A stretch of 64,000 nucleotides of DNA from an uncultured Methanoregulaceae archaeon. GTDB lineage: Archaea; Halobacteriota; Methanomicrobia; Methanomicrobiales; Methanospirillaceae. This document shows positions 23,574 to 33,960 of this stretch, in pieces (the stretch's first letter is position 1; every line of letters starts with the position of its first letter). Under the pieces are notes generated by a model, which made no database searches, had not been told where the DNA came from, and worked only from the letters and a program-made list of their open reading frames with translations. The DNA lies in assembly GCA_963717525.1 (NCBI GenBank), contig OY970343.1, forward strand, positions 1,248,001-1,312,000. Direction: 5' to 3'. Position numbers and translations under genes: made by a program.

Positions 23574-24935
23574 ATGACAAGGTTGGAACAATTCTTTGAC
23601 GACCTTGGAAACAAGTCAAAGAGTACCGATAAAGGGGTACCGCACGGCAATCTCGCAGTACATGGGATTCATCTACCCCGAGGCAACAAGGGAGCACTGC
23701 GGGGAATATGTAGAGAAGTACTTCAATGAAGGCAGGGATTACCACACCGATTTCAAGAAGTTTATCCAGGTTACGCAGAAAGACAAACCGGGATTGTCTG
23801 CCCTTCAAACGTTCAACACGATTCATTCATTTCTCCGGTTGTGTGATGTAACCTTCACGGATAAGCAAATCAAGCAGCTCAAGAACCAGCTCCCGAAGGG
23901 TGGGGTCATGACTATGGAAGATGACATGGACACGGAAACGATCCGTAACCTCATTCAGCACACGGACATTAAGGGGAAAGCTTTGATCCTTTGTTTAGCG
24001 TCCGGGGGAATGCGCGTCGGGGAACTTCTTCAAATCCGGTGCGATGATGTGGATCTCACCTCAATACCTGCGGTGCTCAAGATCCGAGCAAAGACAGAAC
24101 ACGGAAAGACAAAAAATGGGGAAGGCCGGATCACGTTTATTTCCAGTGAAGCAACCGCTGCAGTACGGGAATGGATGAAGATCCGCGCGGCATATCTCGC
24201 ATCGGTTGCGAACAAGGGAACCGGATTAAAAAACCGAACGACGCCGAAGGACATCAACGACCCCAGGTTATTCCCATTTAGCGGGAACACCGTGAACGAA
24301 CTTTTCCGGGAGGCCGTAATCGCAGTATTCGGAAAGAACGCCGTAGATCCCAATACCTTGCGATCAACCCATCACGTTCATCAGCTTCGAAAATTTTTTC
24401 TGTCTCGAGCTTTCTCTCGCCGTATCGAAGGAAATTGCGGAGTGTCTTGCAGGTCACGCCGGCTACTTAACGGGGAACTACCGCCGGTACACCGTCGCTC
24501 AACTCAAGGAAGAATACCTCAAGGGCGAACATACACTTTACATTGAGGCCATCCGGGAGATCCGGGAAAGTGCCACAAGCACGAAGAAAGAACTCCTCGC
24601 CGTCAAAGACGATCAGAACAAAGACTAACTCCCAGATGCTTTCTCTCCTGATAGAAAAGGATCAGCTGAGGGAAGTCGTAAAGAAGCAAGCGGATGAAAT
24701 TGCCGCATTGAAAGAACAAACCGCGCAGATCGCTGAATTGAAAGCACAAACTGAACAGATTGACACCCTGAAAGAAGAACTTCACCTGCTTGCAGATATC
24801 GTGGACACTCTCGATTACCAGAAGAGAGACCTGATGTCTGAGGATATGAGAAAACAAGAAGACGAATCAATTGCAGAAGGCGGGAGAATAGCAGCAACGC
24901 TGTTGGCATCAAAGAAAAAATCAAAGAAAACATAA
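23574..24935 (+). mobile_element. Tyrosine recombinase/integrase with C-terminal coiled coil (three +1 frameshifts ~23628, ~24408, ~24620)
   Basis: ATG 23574 after TTTTTATA; catalytic GMRVGE, KTK, HQLRK; after frame correction LAGH..YLTGNY supplies the H and Y residues. Confidence 0.88.
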
Positions 24936-25179
24936 TTTTTTACTATCCTGCTGGTCTTCAGAAAATAATCATTTACCCTTTCAAGCGCTCAATGCAGGTC
25001 ACCAGGCACTCTCCAGTGAGGGATATTATGGTTTAGTACCTTTTGGATGTTATAATCTGAATCTTTCCTTACACTCCGAAAGAGTGGGAGAACCATGGAC
25101 AACTACGTGTTATGAACGAGGTGGTTTTCTGTCTCTATAATACTCCAAATCGAGCATGCAAAATTTTATGCTCAAAGTA

Positions 25180-25248
25180 TAGATTGCTACGCATAGATTC
25201 TCATACAGATTTCCATCTAGATTCTCCGATAGATTGCAGTATAGATTT
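25180..25248 (+). repeat. Six YAGATT direct repeats, 12-bp period (iteron/operator-like)
   Basis: AGATT at 25181, 25195, 25207, 25219, 25231, 25243. Confidence 0.75.
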
Positions 25249-25306
25249 CTAGTGGCATTTTATAGTATGATATGTAAAGTCACCTTGAGCATTCGGAAGG
25301 CCCAGT

Positions 25307-25771
25307 ATGAAAAAAGAGACAAAGAAAGAGGAATACCCTTCTCAAATCAAGTATCGGGAGAATAATCCTTCGACAACATTCAGGGTGAAGAAAGAAGATA
25401 AACAACGGCTTGATTCGATTATTGCGGCATCAGGTAAACCGCTTTCACAGTGGATGACTGATTTTATTCATGAAAAGATGGACCTCAATGAGGAAACATC
25501 GAAATTGGCAAATAAATGTGATAATTTTCGAGAATATGCACTCGAATTAGAAACAAAGAACAAGGAATTAGAGAATGAAGAAAAATTTATTGTCCCCTGC
25601 TCCATTTGTGGAAAACCTTTGACGTTATCATCCAAGCATTCAAACTGGAAAACAAAAATTTACCCCAAATTGAAAGAGGCATTTAGCACATGGGGTCATG
25701 GAGAATGTAAAACCCGAAAACCGTCTCCTCCAACAAATCGTATTAACTCACCGGAAAATTCGAAGGTCTAG
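25307..25771 (+). CDS. Putative DNA-binding protein (RHH-like N-terminus, coiled coil, CxxC...HxxC Zn motif)
   Basis: TTFRVKKEDKQRLDSIIAASGKPLSQWM; CSICG...HGEC. Confidence 0.6.
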   Translation: MKKETKKEEYPSQIKYRENNPSTTFRVKKEDKQRLDSIIAASGKPLSQWMTDFIHEKMDLNEETSKLANKCDNFREYALELETKNKELENEEKFIVPCSICGKPLTLSSKHSNWKTKIYPKLKEAFSTWGHGECKTRKPSPPTNRINSPENSKV

Positions 25772-25842
25772 AAATTCGATATTCTCTATTCCCCACTCAA
25801 AAATGATCTTATTTTAGGGTATATGGATCTCTTGGACTGTGT

Positions 25843-25870
25843 TTTTCCTTGAATTCCTATTAAAGGAAAC
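25843..25870 (+). other. dif/Xer-like recombination site A (11-6-11)
   Basis: TTTTCCTTGAA-TTCCTA-TTAAAGGAAAC, arms 9/11 inverted. Confidence 0.5.
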
Positions 25871-26051
25871 GACGGAAACTCCAAAATTTTAGAGACTGCT
25901 ATACCGGTGAGATGGCGGAAAAATCCGGGTTGGATTCCCCAGAGAATAACGGTACCATACTGAAGATCTTGTACGGGACTTGTACTAGGCTTGAGGTAAA
26001 ACACGGGCTTCTTTCGATCAGGGGGTATTTATTAATTTCTTTGAATACACT

Positions 26052-26651
26052 CTATTTTTTCCCGAGACCATAATGGTCTCGTAAAAATTTTCTGACATTT
26101 TCCGACTCTAACTGCCCCTCATCGAGCTTGTCGAGAATTTTTTCGATTATTTTTACCTGTTCTGAGACAAGAGATTTTGTTTTTTCATCAACCATTGCGG
26201 TATCCAGCAGAATGGCCTGTAGGGGGTTTCTGATCTGGTCATTGAGGATCGCAAATTGTTCCAGGTTTTGTTCTATCTGCTGGAATGCGTTCATCTTTAA
26301 TTGTTCGACCTGTTTTTTGCGTATTATGGAACGTTCGGCATAATACGAGATCACAATTCCAAGAGAGACAAAGATGAAAAACCATGCGGTGTGAACTGCG
26401 ATCATTGCGGCAGAAAGCGTTCCGAACACGCATACCAGAACGAAGTAAACTCCGCCAAGGGTGATGGTAACCATTATCACACGTTGGGGAAGGGCATATG
26501 CCGCCAGGAGTACCGGGACAAGGAAAAAATAGGGGAATATATCATTGATGCCATGGGACAGGCTGAATACGGCAACCAGAATCGCAATGAGTGAAGTTAC
26601 GATGATGAGATATATCCAGATGATATTTTCGTGGATAAAATTACGGTGCAT
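26052..26651 (-). CDS. Membrane protein (4 TM) with Methanomicrobiales HisKA-like C-terminal tail
   Basis: Hydrophobic N-terminal half; QIEQNLEQFAILNDQIRNPLQAI. Confidence 0.75.
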   Translation of the reverse strand: MHRNFIHENIIWIYLIIVTSLIAILVAVFSLSHGINDIFPYFFLVPVLLAAYALPQRVIMVTITLGGVYFVLVCVFGTLSAAMIAVHTAWFFIFVSLGIVISYYAERSIIRKKQVEQLKMNAFQQIEQNLEQFAILNDQIRNPLQAILLDTAMVDEKTKSLVSEQVKIIEKILDKLDEGQLESENVRKFLRDHYGLGKK

Positions 26652-26707
26652 TTCACCCCCCTCCCATTAGTCCGTTCCAGAAGATACAGTCTTTACCGGG
26701 CATGAGA

Positions 26708-27439
26708 TCAGATCTTCGCAAAGGACATCGGAATGACTTTCATGCCATACCCCGGGTGGACTTCGAAACTCACAAGGTTTCCGGTAGTTTTTCGCGCACC
26801 ACGGACCTTGACCACTTCCATGACCATGACGTACTTGTCTCCGACAAGGGCCTTTTTCATGTTGAGATGGGCATCGCAGATGGACCGTATCCGGACAAGA
26901 GTATCTTCCTCAAAGGCATAGGTGTGGAGGGTAACGAGCACCGTTTTGCCGTTATCCACAAGGGATTTGCAGTTGGTAAAGAAGGTGAGGATGGAGGCCG
27001 ACTCTGCATATTCCGTAAAAAGCGTCATTGAATCAATAATTGCAACCTCAGCTTTGCTGTTCTGGATATAGGTGATCAGCTTTGCCAGAATGCCTTCCAT
27101 CTCCTCTTTTTTCCACTCAAAACCTACTACATGAAGGGGGAAGACCTTAACATATCCCCAAGCAAAATAATCCGAGATATCGAGGCTCATAGACTCCATC
27201 TGCTTGATAAAACTCTTGCTCGTGTTTTCCGTAGTGAAGAGATTTATCGAACGACTCTGTTTCAAGGCTCCCCAGATGATCTGCTGAGTGAGCACGCTCT
27301 TTCCGGTATCGTTTTCCCCTTCGATAAGGGTCAGAGACCCAAGTGGAATACCGTCGGCTATTTTCTTGTCAAGTTCGCCGTTACCGGTGGAGAGAATCTG
27401 TCGGTCCTCGCCTCCCATCAGGTCACTCATCATTGCCAT
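26708..27439 (-). CDS. flaH: Archaellum motor ATPase ArlH/FlaH (KaiC-like)
   Basis: STGNGELDKKIADGIP, GENDTGKS, IIDS, TLH.YAF, RIRSICDAH, VVKVRGA..TTGN..SFEV.PG.G. Confidence 0.9.
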   Translation of the reverse strand: MAMMSDLMGGEDRQILSTGNGELDKKIADGIPLGSLTLIEGENDTGKSVLTQQIIWGALKQSRSINLFTTENTSKSFIKQMESMSLDISDYFAWGYVKVFPLHVVGFEWKKEEMEGILAKLITYIQNSKAEVAIIDSMTLFTEYAESASILTFFTNCKSLVDNGKTVLVTLHTYAFEEDTLVRIRSICDAHLNMKKALVGDKYVMVMEVVKVRGARKTTGNLVSFEVHPGYGMKVIPMSFAKI

Positions 27440-27536
27440 GTAAATCTCCTGCCGGCAATTTCATACCGAGAGTTTTTCCGAATTCACCACATTCCTCCAT
27501 TGTGAAAATCACGATACCACACCAGAACCAAACAGG

Positions 27537-27827
27537 CTATTTTTTTATCAGGTGAGCTTCGGTATCGGTGATTTCGTAAATAAGATCCCTCTTCTCCTTT
27601 TTCAGCTGCTGGAGATCTTTTAAGATATCCTGTATCTGGAAATCCCGGTCCCTGATTGCGATTACATACGGCCTGTCCGGCTGATGATTTTCCGGGGTGA
27701 TAGCAAGAATTTCACTTGTATTACGCTGGTGGATTATCTTGAATTCAGTAATTTTTTCAAGATCGATACATACAAAATCCCCGCGATGGAATGGCCCTGA
27801 ATGGCCGAATTTTATGAATACACTCAT
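27537..27827 (-). CDS. Hypothetical protein
   Basis: 96-aa ORF with GGTGA RBS, lying between the arlD/E-like gene and arlH. Confidence 0.55.
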   Translation of the reverse strand: MSVFIKFGHSGPFHRGDFVCIDLEKITEFKIIHQRNTSEILAITPENHQPDRPYVIAIRDRDFQIQDILKDLQQLKKEKRDLIYEITDTEAHLIKK

Positions 27828-27896
27828 ATAACATCACCCGCTTGGGGCCCAGCGATCAAGAACTTAACGACAGTAAATTTCTCGGCAGACATAGGA

Positions 27897-28796
27897 TCAG
27901 ATCCTATAAGGGAGGATCATCTTTTCATCAACTTTTGGTTTATCAGGAGACGACTTGTTCATCTCGCTGAGTGAGAAATCGGAAAGATCACCATGTTTCC
28001 CAGTTTCCTTCTGGCGATGCACGGTAAGGACATCGATCATGTCGCGGTCAAGGGAAATATCGTTGGGCTTCAATATCCTGTTGAGGTTATACAGTGCTGA
28101 TACGAATTCGTCTGGACCTACTTCGTTTTCATCACCAAGATTTCCCGGCATCAAACGGGATATCCCCCGGATTTCATCAACGGATGCTTTGGATAGGTAC
28201 CCCATAGTCTGGTAGGATTCGAGCATAATTTCAAGCCGGTCGTGGCCGAATTTCCTGACCGTCTCGTGGGTCCATCTGAAAAGATGGTATACCTTATTGA
28301 GCTTGAGTTTTTCGTTTGTATGAAGATGTGACAGGGATCCCGACTTATGAGAATCGGCAATCTGGGATTTCAGCAGTGCAAACATCCTGTCGTCAAGGAT
28401 ATTTTCATCTTCGTTAACCGATGGAGTTTCAGGTTCATGCTGTTTTTTCGGGGATTCGTTTCGGGTTTCTGCATCCAATTTTGCTTTTGTCGCATCCATC
28501 TGCGATTCCTTGTCGTCAAGAGCAGCTTCCCGCGCCTTCAACGCAGATTGTTGGGCTTCCCTGATATCCTCGTCCAGGGCCGACACTCCATCCGGGGTAA
28601 CACGGTCACTACCGAAACTGGCTAGGGTATGCGGATTTTCGATCTCGTTCACCCGTTCCCGGATATCCATCAGAAGCCGCTTGATGGATGTTTTGATGAG
28701 GTCAACTTCTTGCTCTAGGTTCTTGAGCTTGGCATCGGGATCGTCTCCGATTGTTCCCGCAAGGATATGGTCAACCTGTTCTTGATCTATCGCCAC
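27897..28796 (-). CDS. ArlD/E (FlaD/E)-like archaellum accessory protein
   Basis: N-terminal LEQEVDLIKTSIKRLLMDIRE..NE.ENP coil; C-terminal W....V.KFG...LE..LE.Y..MGY.S motif. Confidence 0.7.
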   Translation of the reverse strand: MAIDQEQVDHILAGTIGDDPDAKLKNLEQEVDLIKTSIKRLLMDIRERVNEIENPHTLASFGSDRVTPDGVSALDEDIREAQQSALKAREAALDDKESQMDATKAKLDAETRNESPKKQHEPETPSVNEDENILDDRMFALLKSQIADSHKSGSLSHLHTNEKLKLNKVYHLFRWTHETVRKFGHDRLEIMLESYQTMGYLSKASVDEIRGISRLMPGNLGDENEVGPDEFVSALYNLNRILKPNDISLDRDMIDVLTVHRQKETGKHGDLSDFSLSEMNKSSPDKPKVDEKMILPYRI

Positions 28797-28961
28797 AATA
28801 CAATCCCCGTATTTAAATCGCTTAGTAGTTTTTTTTGTTAATAAATCTATCTATTTTGAAATAACGATTTATAGTTAGATTTAATGCTATTATCACACGA
28901 ATAGAAGGTTTTTCCGAAATTTTCATCGATTTGTCAGAACAAAGGCTAAGCTTTCCATTCT

Positions 28962-28994
28962 AGCTCTGTCAAGTCTTGGGCAGCTTGGCTTTCC
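28962..28994. repeat. Half copy of the 80-bp IS6-like element
   Basis: AGCTCTGTCAAGTCTTGGGCAGCTTGG closely matches the reverse complement of the right arms at 38719 and 42101. Confidence 0.6.
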
Positions 28995-29161
28995 ATGCAC
29001 ACAAAATTGCCGCAGCCATTGGCCTGCCGCCTGATGTAGTATATCCCCCTGCTTGCCCGGACATTTGTAGCAAACTTGCGAGTACGAGACCGGAAAAGCC
29101 TCATGTCAGATTCTTCCTTATGGGGAAAGTCAAGAAATGGATAGATCAGAAAGGTAAAAGG

Positions 29162-29241
29162 GGCTCTGTTAACTTGGTGAGTGATCGAATATTTTATCAG
29201 GCGTTGCAAATTTGATAATCCCCTAACAAGTTAACAGAGCC
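29162..29241. repeat. 80-bp IS6-like hairpin element
   Basis: GGCTCTGTTAACTTG ... CAAGTTAACAGAGCC perfect 15-bp IR. Confidence 0.8.
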
Positions 29242-29294
29242 CTCAATTGCGTTTTTTTTATTAGCAGAATATCACTCATATGCCATTACTATAA

Positions 29295-29375
29295 GGTTCC
29301 GTCAAGTTAGCGAGATACAGAACCTTTCTCAAATGTCTGTGAAAATTTAGAAGTTCTTGACAACATAACAGAACC
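29295..29375. repeat. 81-bp IS6-like hairpin element
   Basis: GGTTCCGTCAAGTT ... AACATAACAGAACC, 11/14 IR. Confidence 0.65.
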
Positions 29376-29394
29376 TCACCGGCCGCAAACGGAT

Positions 29395-30480
29395 CTAAGA
29401 TGCGTTGCGGGAGAGCGAGAACCGGTTCTGGTCGGAAATATCCCGTATAGATTCAATTGCTCCGATAACATTCCCTTTCGTATCATAAAGCGGGGATGCG
29501 ATGAACCAGATATAAGCACCTTTCCCGTCATAGAGTGTCGGTACAAATAATTCTGAGATCAGTTTATCGTCCTTCTTTTCGACATGGGAATAATATTTTT
29601 TCTTGTCCTCTTCATTACCGAGGACGAAATCGACCAGAATTGGCCGGCGTTTTCCATAGATAGGAACCGAGTATGCGTAATCCCCGATCCCGAGAATTTC
29701 CTCCCGTTTTATTCCGGACATATCCTCTATCGCCTTGTTCCAGACAATGACTTTTCCTTCGCGGTCGATAGCAACGGTTGGATCCGGAAGGAAATCGATG
29801 ATATTCGCCAGCCGTTGTTCAGACTGCTTTAATGCCTTTTCCACCTGTTTGTGCTCCAGGATTTTATTCTGGAGCTTCGTATTATTCTTGATACATTTAG
29901 TGATCTGTCCTTTCACCAGTTCAAGTTCATTCTGGCATTTTTTCATTTTTGTAATATCATCCATGATGATAACAACAGCCTGATCGCCATTCCCAAAAAC
30001 AAGCGGAACAATCTTTGTCGTAAAATTCCGGTCATCTCCGGAGACTTCGAAACAATCCTCAAATGCAAGAGTTGTTCCTTCGGTAGCTTTCTGCAAAGCA
30101 TCGAAATGGTCATGAGTGAAATATGAGGCGAGAACCGAATGCTCGATCTTCTGATTTTTCAACACTTCTTGGGTCAGCTGGAAATAATTAAGAAACGCAT
30201 TATTCGCATCCTGGATGAAGAGCTCTTTATCGAGTATAATGATCAGGTCTGACGATAGGTTTAACAGGTTGGCCAGGGGAAGCCTTTTAGTATGATAAAA
30301 AAGTTTTGCGTTACCGAGTGCTCGCATTTCGGCTCGGCCGGAGCTAACCAATGAATTGAGATATTTCGCCGTAGTCGACCGGTTCAGGGAAATCTTTTTG
30401 GATAATTCGTTAATTGTGAGTCCTTTCGGGTTGTTTTTCAGGAAGTCTTCAATCCGTTCGATTTCGAATTCCTTATCCAT
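29395..30480 (-). CDS. Winged-HTH + two PAS domain regulator
   Basis: PKGLTINELSKKISLNRSTTAKYL HTH; PAS motifs (DANNAF; WNKAIEDMSG...GAIESIRDI). Confidence 0.85.
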   Translation of the reverse strand: MDKEFEIERIEDFLKNNPKGLTINELSKKISLNRSTTAKYLNSLVSSGRAEMRALGNAKLFYHTKRLPLANLLNLSSDLIIILDKELFIQDANNAFLNYFQLTQEVLKNQKIEHSVLASYFTHDHFDALQKATEGTTLAFEDCFEVSGDDRNFTTKIVPLVFGNGDQAVVIIMDDITKMKKCQNELELVKGQITKCIKNNTKLQNKILEHKQVEKALKQSEQRLANIIDFLPDPTVAIDREGKVIVWNKAIEDMSGIKREEILGIGDYAYSVPIYGKRRPILVDFVLGNEEDKKKYYSHVEKKDDKLISELFVPTLYDGKGAYIWFIASPLYDTKGNVIGAIESIRDISDQNRFSLSRNAS

Positions 30481-30755
30481 CTTTCTCCCACCTTTCAATA
30501 GGTTAGTTGAACAATCACATATATAATGATTTTATATAATTATGTACCTTCAATGCTAGACAAGAGAGATAAACAATATAAGAAAGGTATAAATATAAAA
30601 AAAAGGAAGAGATTAAATATTATAAAATGCCGTCGGATAGCAAATGCGTGGTTACGAAGGTGAATGCATCTGTTCTGGAAACCAAAAAACTACCGGGCTT
30701 TGCCATATCGATGGAGGGGACTCCCCAAAAATCACGAAAACAATGATTGGAGATA

Positions 30756-31351
30756 ATGATGTCAGACGGGAATGAAAAAGGACTGGATGGATTGAAACTA
30801 CTGGATACAACCGCAAATCCAGCGCCCCTCGGGCTGCTGGGATTCGGCATGACAACAGTACTCCTGAACATGCACAATGCCGGGTTCTTTGCGCTCGGTT
30901 CGATGATCCTTGCGATGGGTATCTTCTATGGAGGACTCGCCCAAATCGTCGCGGGGATCATGGAGTGGAAGAAAAACAACACGTTCGGCGCAACTGCATT
31001 CTTTTCGTACGGATGCTTCTGGCTGAGCCTCGTAGCTCTTATCATTTTGCCCGCACTCGGTATCGCACAACCGGTGGACCCGGCTTCAATGGCGGCCTAC
31101 CTGCTTATGTGGGGATTTTTCACTGCGGTGATGTTTGCTGGAACGCTGAAACTGACCGGGCACTCCAGTTCGTTTTCGGGTCCCTTACGATTCTTTTCTT
31201 TCTGCTAGCCCTTGGCGAGATGACCGGTATCGGACTGATCACGACAGTGGCAGGCATTGAAGGAATCATCTGCGGACTTTCTGCGATGTATGCGGGTCTC
31301 GGACAGGTGCTCAACGAATTATACAAAGAACCGGTTGTCAGACTGGGGTAA
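30756..31351 (+). CDS. satP: Acetate uptake transporter, SatP/GPR1/FUN34/YaaH family (frameshift ~31158)
   Basis: Signature [32 protein letters not shown]. Confidence 0.9.
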
Positions 31352-31356
31352 ATAAA

Positions 31357-32838
31357 ATGCTCGAATTAGAGGATTACACAGGAATATTCGAGAAAAGCCC
31401 GGTTGCACAGGTCGTCATTGACCGGGACCTCCGGATTCTTGTGGTGAACGAAGCGTTCTGCACGCTGATGGGATACAGCAGGGAAAGGCTCACCGGGATG
31501 ACATTCACGGATTTCAAGACAAAAAGCCTGATCAAATACCTGAAAGATACCGGGGATTCGTGCGTCACGGTACTAACAACGAAGCGCCCCCTTAAATTCG
31601 AATCAAAGTTCGAAACTTCATCTGGTGTCCACTCTCTCCTTCAATCCTGCCAGCCGTTCCTCGATGAGAAGGGCGATGTGAAATACATCTACAACATGTA
31701 TACTGATATCTCGAAGATCGAGAAAAACCGGGATTACTTGAGCCGTGAGATTGAAGAATTTATAAAAGTATACGACCAGATGGCAGCTGGCGATCTCACC
31801 GCCAGCCACCCGGTTGAAACTCCGGAAGATCCCGACCTCCAGGATACGTTTAACTTCCTCACAAAACTGAGAACCTCGGTCCGCGGAATTATCGCAAATC
31901 TCCAGGTGAATATCAGGGATGTCAACAATCGGATGCTGAATCTTACGACCTCTACTGAAACCACATCCCACAGTGTCAGCGATGCAGTGAAGGGCGTCCA
32001 GGTGATCGCTCAGGACGCAAGCAAAGTCAGCAGCAATGCGGAGAAAGCATCGCAAGGTGTCGACCAGATTGCAAAAGCCATGCAGGACATGAGCGCAGCA
32101 GTCGAGGAAATTACGTCGAGCATGGAATCGGTCTCGACTCTCACCAAGCAGACCAACGACCTCTCCCAATCCGGCGCGGCGCTCGCAGGCAAGGCGGAAA
32201 AGGGCATGGCTGAGATCGCTGCTCACACAGGAAAGGTGCATGAGATCGTCTCTGACGTGGAGAAGCAGATGGGCGAGATCTCCAAGATCGTCGTGCTTAT
32301 CCGCGAACTGGCCAATCAGACAAACCTGCTGGCGCTCAATGCAGCCATTGAAGCAGCTCGTGCCGGGGATGCAGGACGAGGCTTTGCCGTCGTCGCGACA
32401 GAAGTGAAATCGTTGGCACAGGAGTCCCGGAACTCTGCCGAGCGGATCGAGGAAATGATCGCTTCCCTGAAAAAGCGCACGCAAAATGCATCCGCCGCTA
32501 TGAACGAAGCGAAGGGGATTGTCGAGCAGGGTTCAAAGATGGTGACCGAGACAATGCAGTCCTTCAACAAGATCGCAGCGGCCGTTGAGAAGGTAGCCGC
32601 GAGCGCGACAGAGGTTGCGGCGGCAACCGAAGAACAGGCAGCAACCACACAAGAGATCACGGCAAGTGTCAGTGAAGTTGCAAGCTTGGTGGAGCAGACC
32701 GCAAAAGATGCTGGTGATGCAGCGGCAGCAACAGAAGAATCCTCAGCTGCGTTGGATGAGATCACCCGTATGGTAGAAACCGTAAATAAAGTCGCTGTCG
32801 AGGCAATGGAAGCAAACAAGAAATTCAGGGTGGATTAA
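31357..32838 (+). CDS. Soluble PAS-domain methyl-accepting chemotaxis protein
   Basis: N-terminal PAS, no [36 protein letters not shown]. Confidence 0.95.
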   Translation: MLELEDYTGIFEKSPVAQVVIDRDLRILVVNEAFCTLMGYSRERLTGMTFTDFKTKSLIKYLKDTGDSCVTVLTTKRPLKFESKFETSSGVHSLLQSCQPFLDEKGDVKYIYNMYTDISKIEKNRDYLSREIEEFIKVYDQMAAGDLTASHPVETPEDPDLQDTFNFLTKLRTSVRGIIANLQVNIRDVNNRMLNLTTSTETTSHSVSDAVKGVQVIAQDASKVSSNAEKASQGVDQIAKAMQDMSAAVEEITSSMESVSTLTKQTNDLSQSGAALAGKAEKGMAEIAAHTGKVHEIVSDVEKQMGEISKIVVLIRELANQTNLLALNAAIEAARAGDAGRGFAVVATEVKSLAQESRNSAERIEEMIASLKKRTQNASAAMNEAKGIVEQGSKMVTETMQSFNKIAAAVEKVAASATEVAAATEEQAATTQEITASVSEVASLVEQTAKDAGDAAAATEESSAALDEITRMVETVNKVAVEAMEANKKFRVD

Positions 32839-32853
32839 GGAGGGTCGTGTCCA

Positions 32854-33393
32854 ATGGCGGCGAAAGCAATCGAGCCACGAGATACTCAGGCCCAAAACGC
32901 GGAAGATGAGGTCAGGAAACGACAGGGCAGCATCCAGATCGTTGAGTTCATCCTGGGCAAAGAACGCTTTGCCATCGATCTGTTCGATGTCAAGGAAGTC
33001 GTGGAATACACCACGATCACCAAACTTCCCAACGTGCCGGCGTATATAAAGGGGATTATCGATCTCCGTGGAGAGATAACGACTATTATCGATCTCAAGC
33101 ACCGGCTTAACATCACGGATGGCAGCCAGATTGCAGCCGAATCATCCCGGATTATTGTGCTCGACAACAAGATTACCGGTACCAAAATAGGGATCCTTGT
33201 CGATGATGTGACGTCTGTCTCGACCTTTGAAGGAAAGCAGGTGGACTATACCTCTGCATCGGTGAGCAAAGAGGATACAGCGATCATTGGCATCATCAAA
33301 CGAAAGGTGAAGGTCAAGGAGAAGGAGAAAAACGAACTCATCATCTGGATCGATATCAAGCAGCTGCTGGAGGGTATTGATACATCGGCTTGA
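32854..33393 (+). CDS. cheW: Chemotaxis adaptor CheW
   Basis: IVEF.LG.E.FAIDL.DVKEVV, PN.PAYIKGIIDLRGEI, IGILVDDV. Confidence 0.95.
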   Translation: MAAKAIEPRDTQAQNAEDEVRKRQGSIQIVEFILGKERFAIDLFDVKEVVEYTTITKLPNVPAYIKGIIDLRGEITTIIDLKHRLNITDGSQIAAESSRIIVLDNKITGTKIGILVDDVTSVSTFEGKQVDYTSASVSKEDTAIIGIIKRKVKVKEKEKNELIIWIDIKQLLEGIDTSA

Positions 33394-33519
33394 GAGTATA
33401 ATCGACCGGCTTTGTAGTTTGGTTCGGATGTGTCAGAGAAAGTACCTTGGAAAAGATTGAGGGGGGATATCCTCCATTTTACATTCTGGAAGAGTTGGGC
33501 CCTTAAACGTGGTTTGTTT

Positions 33520-33960
33520 ATGATTTCCGTACTCTATGTCGATGACTGGTCGCCGTTGCTGCATATCATCTCCCGTTTTCTGATGGAGAAAGGGGATATT
33601 ATAGTCGAAACATCACTCTCACCCGAAGAGGCGTGCCGAAAAATGGACTTCTTCTCCTTTGATGTCATCATCACTGATTATAATTCCAAGGACTCGGCCG
33701 GTATCGGTCTTCTTCAACAAACCCGGCAGAAAGGAAAAATGACGCCCTTTGTTTTCTTTACCTTAGAGCAAAACCGTGTAATGGAACAAGAAGCCGCACG
33801 GTATGGCCATGTGGCATTTGTGCGAAAAATACAGAACTCCGATTCGAGCTTTGACGAGCTTGAGAAAAAAATCCGGACAACAATTCCGGCACCTCATTCA
33901 GGAAATATAATTCCAAAAAAGGATCCGATCTATCCGATAAGTGGAGAACCATCATCATGA
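33520..33960 (+). CDS. Stand-alone response-regulator receiver
   Basis: VLYVDD, FDVIITD, PFVFFT, K. Confidence 0.8.
   Translation: MISVLYVDDWSPLLHIISRFLMEKGDIIVETSLSPEEACRKMDFFSFDVIITDYNSKDSAGIGLLQQTRQKGKMTPFVFFTLEQNRVMEQEAARYGHVAFVRKIQNSDSSFDELEKKIRTTIPAPHSGNIIPKKDPIYPISGEPSS

Noticed and set aside
28946..29215. Short ORFs as transposase remnants
   Set aside because: They overlap the hairpin elements and show no DDE or HTH motif I can recognise
28962..29375. CRISPR array or classical integron attC sites
   Set aside because: Repeats are not identical or regularly spaced, there are no cas genes, and the ends lack RYYYAAC/GTTRRRY boxes
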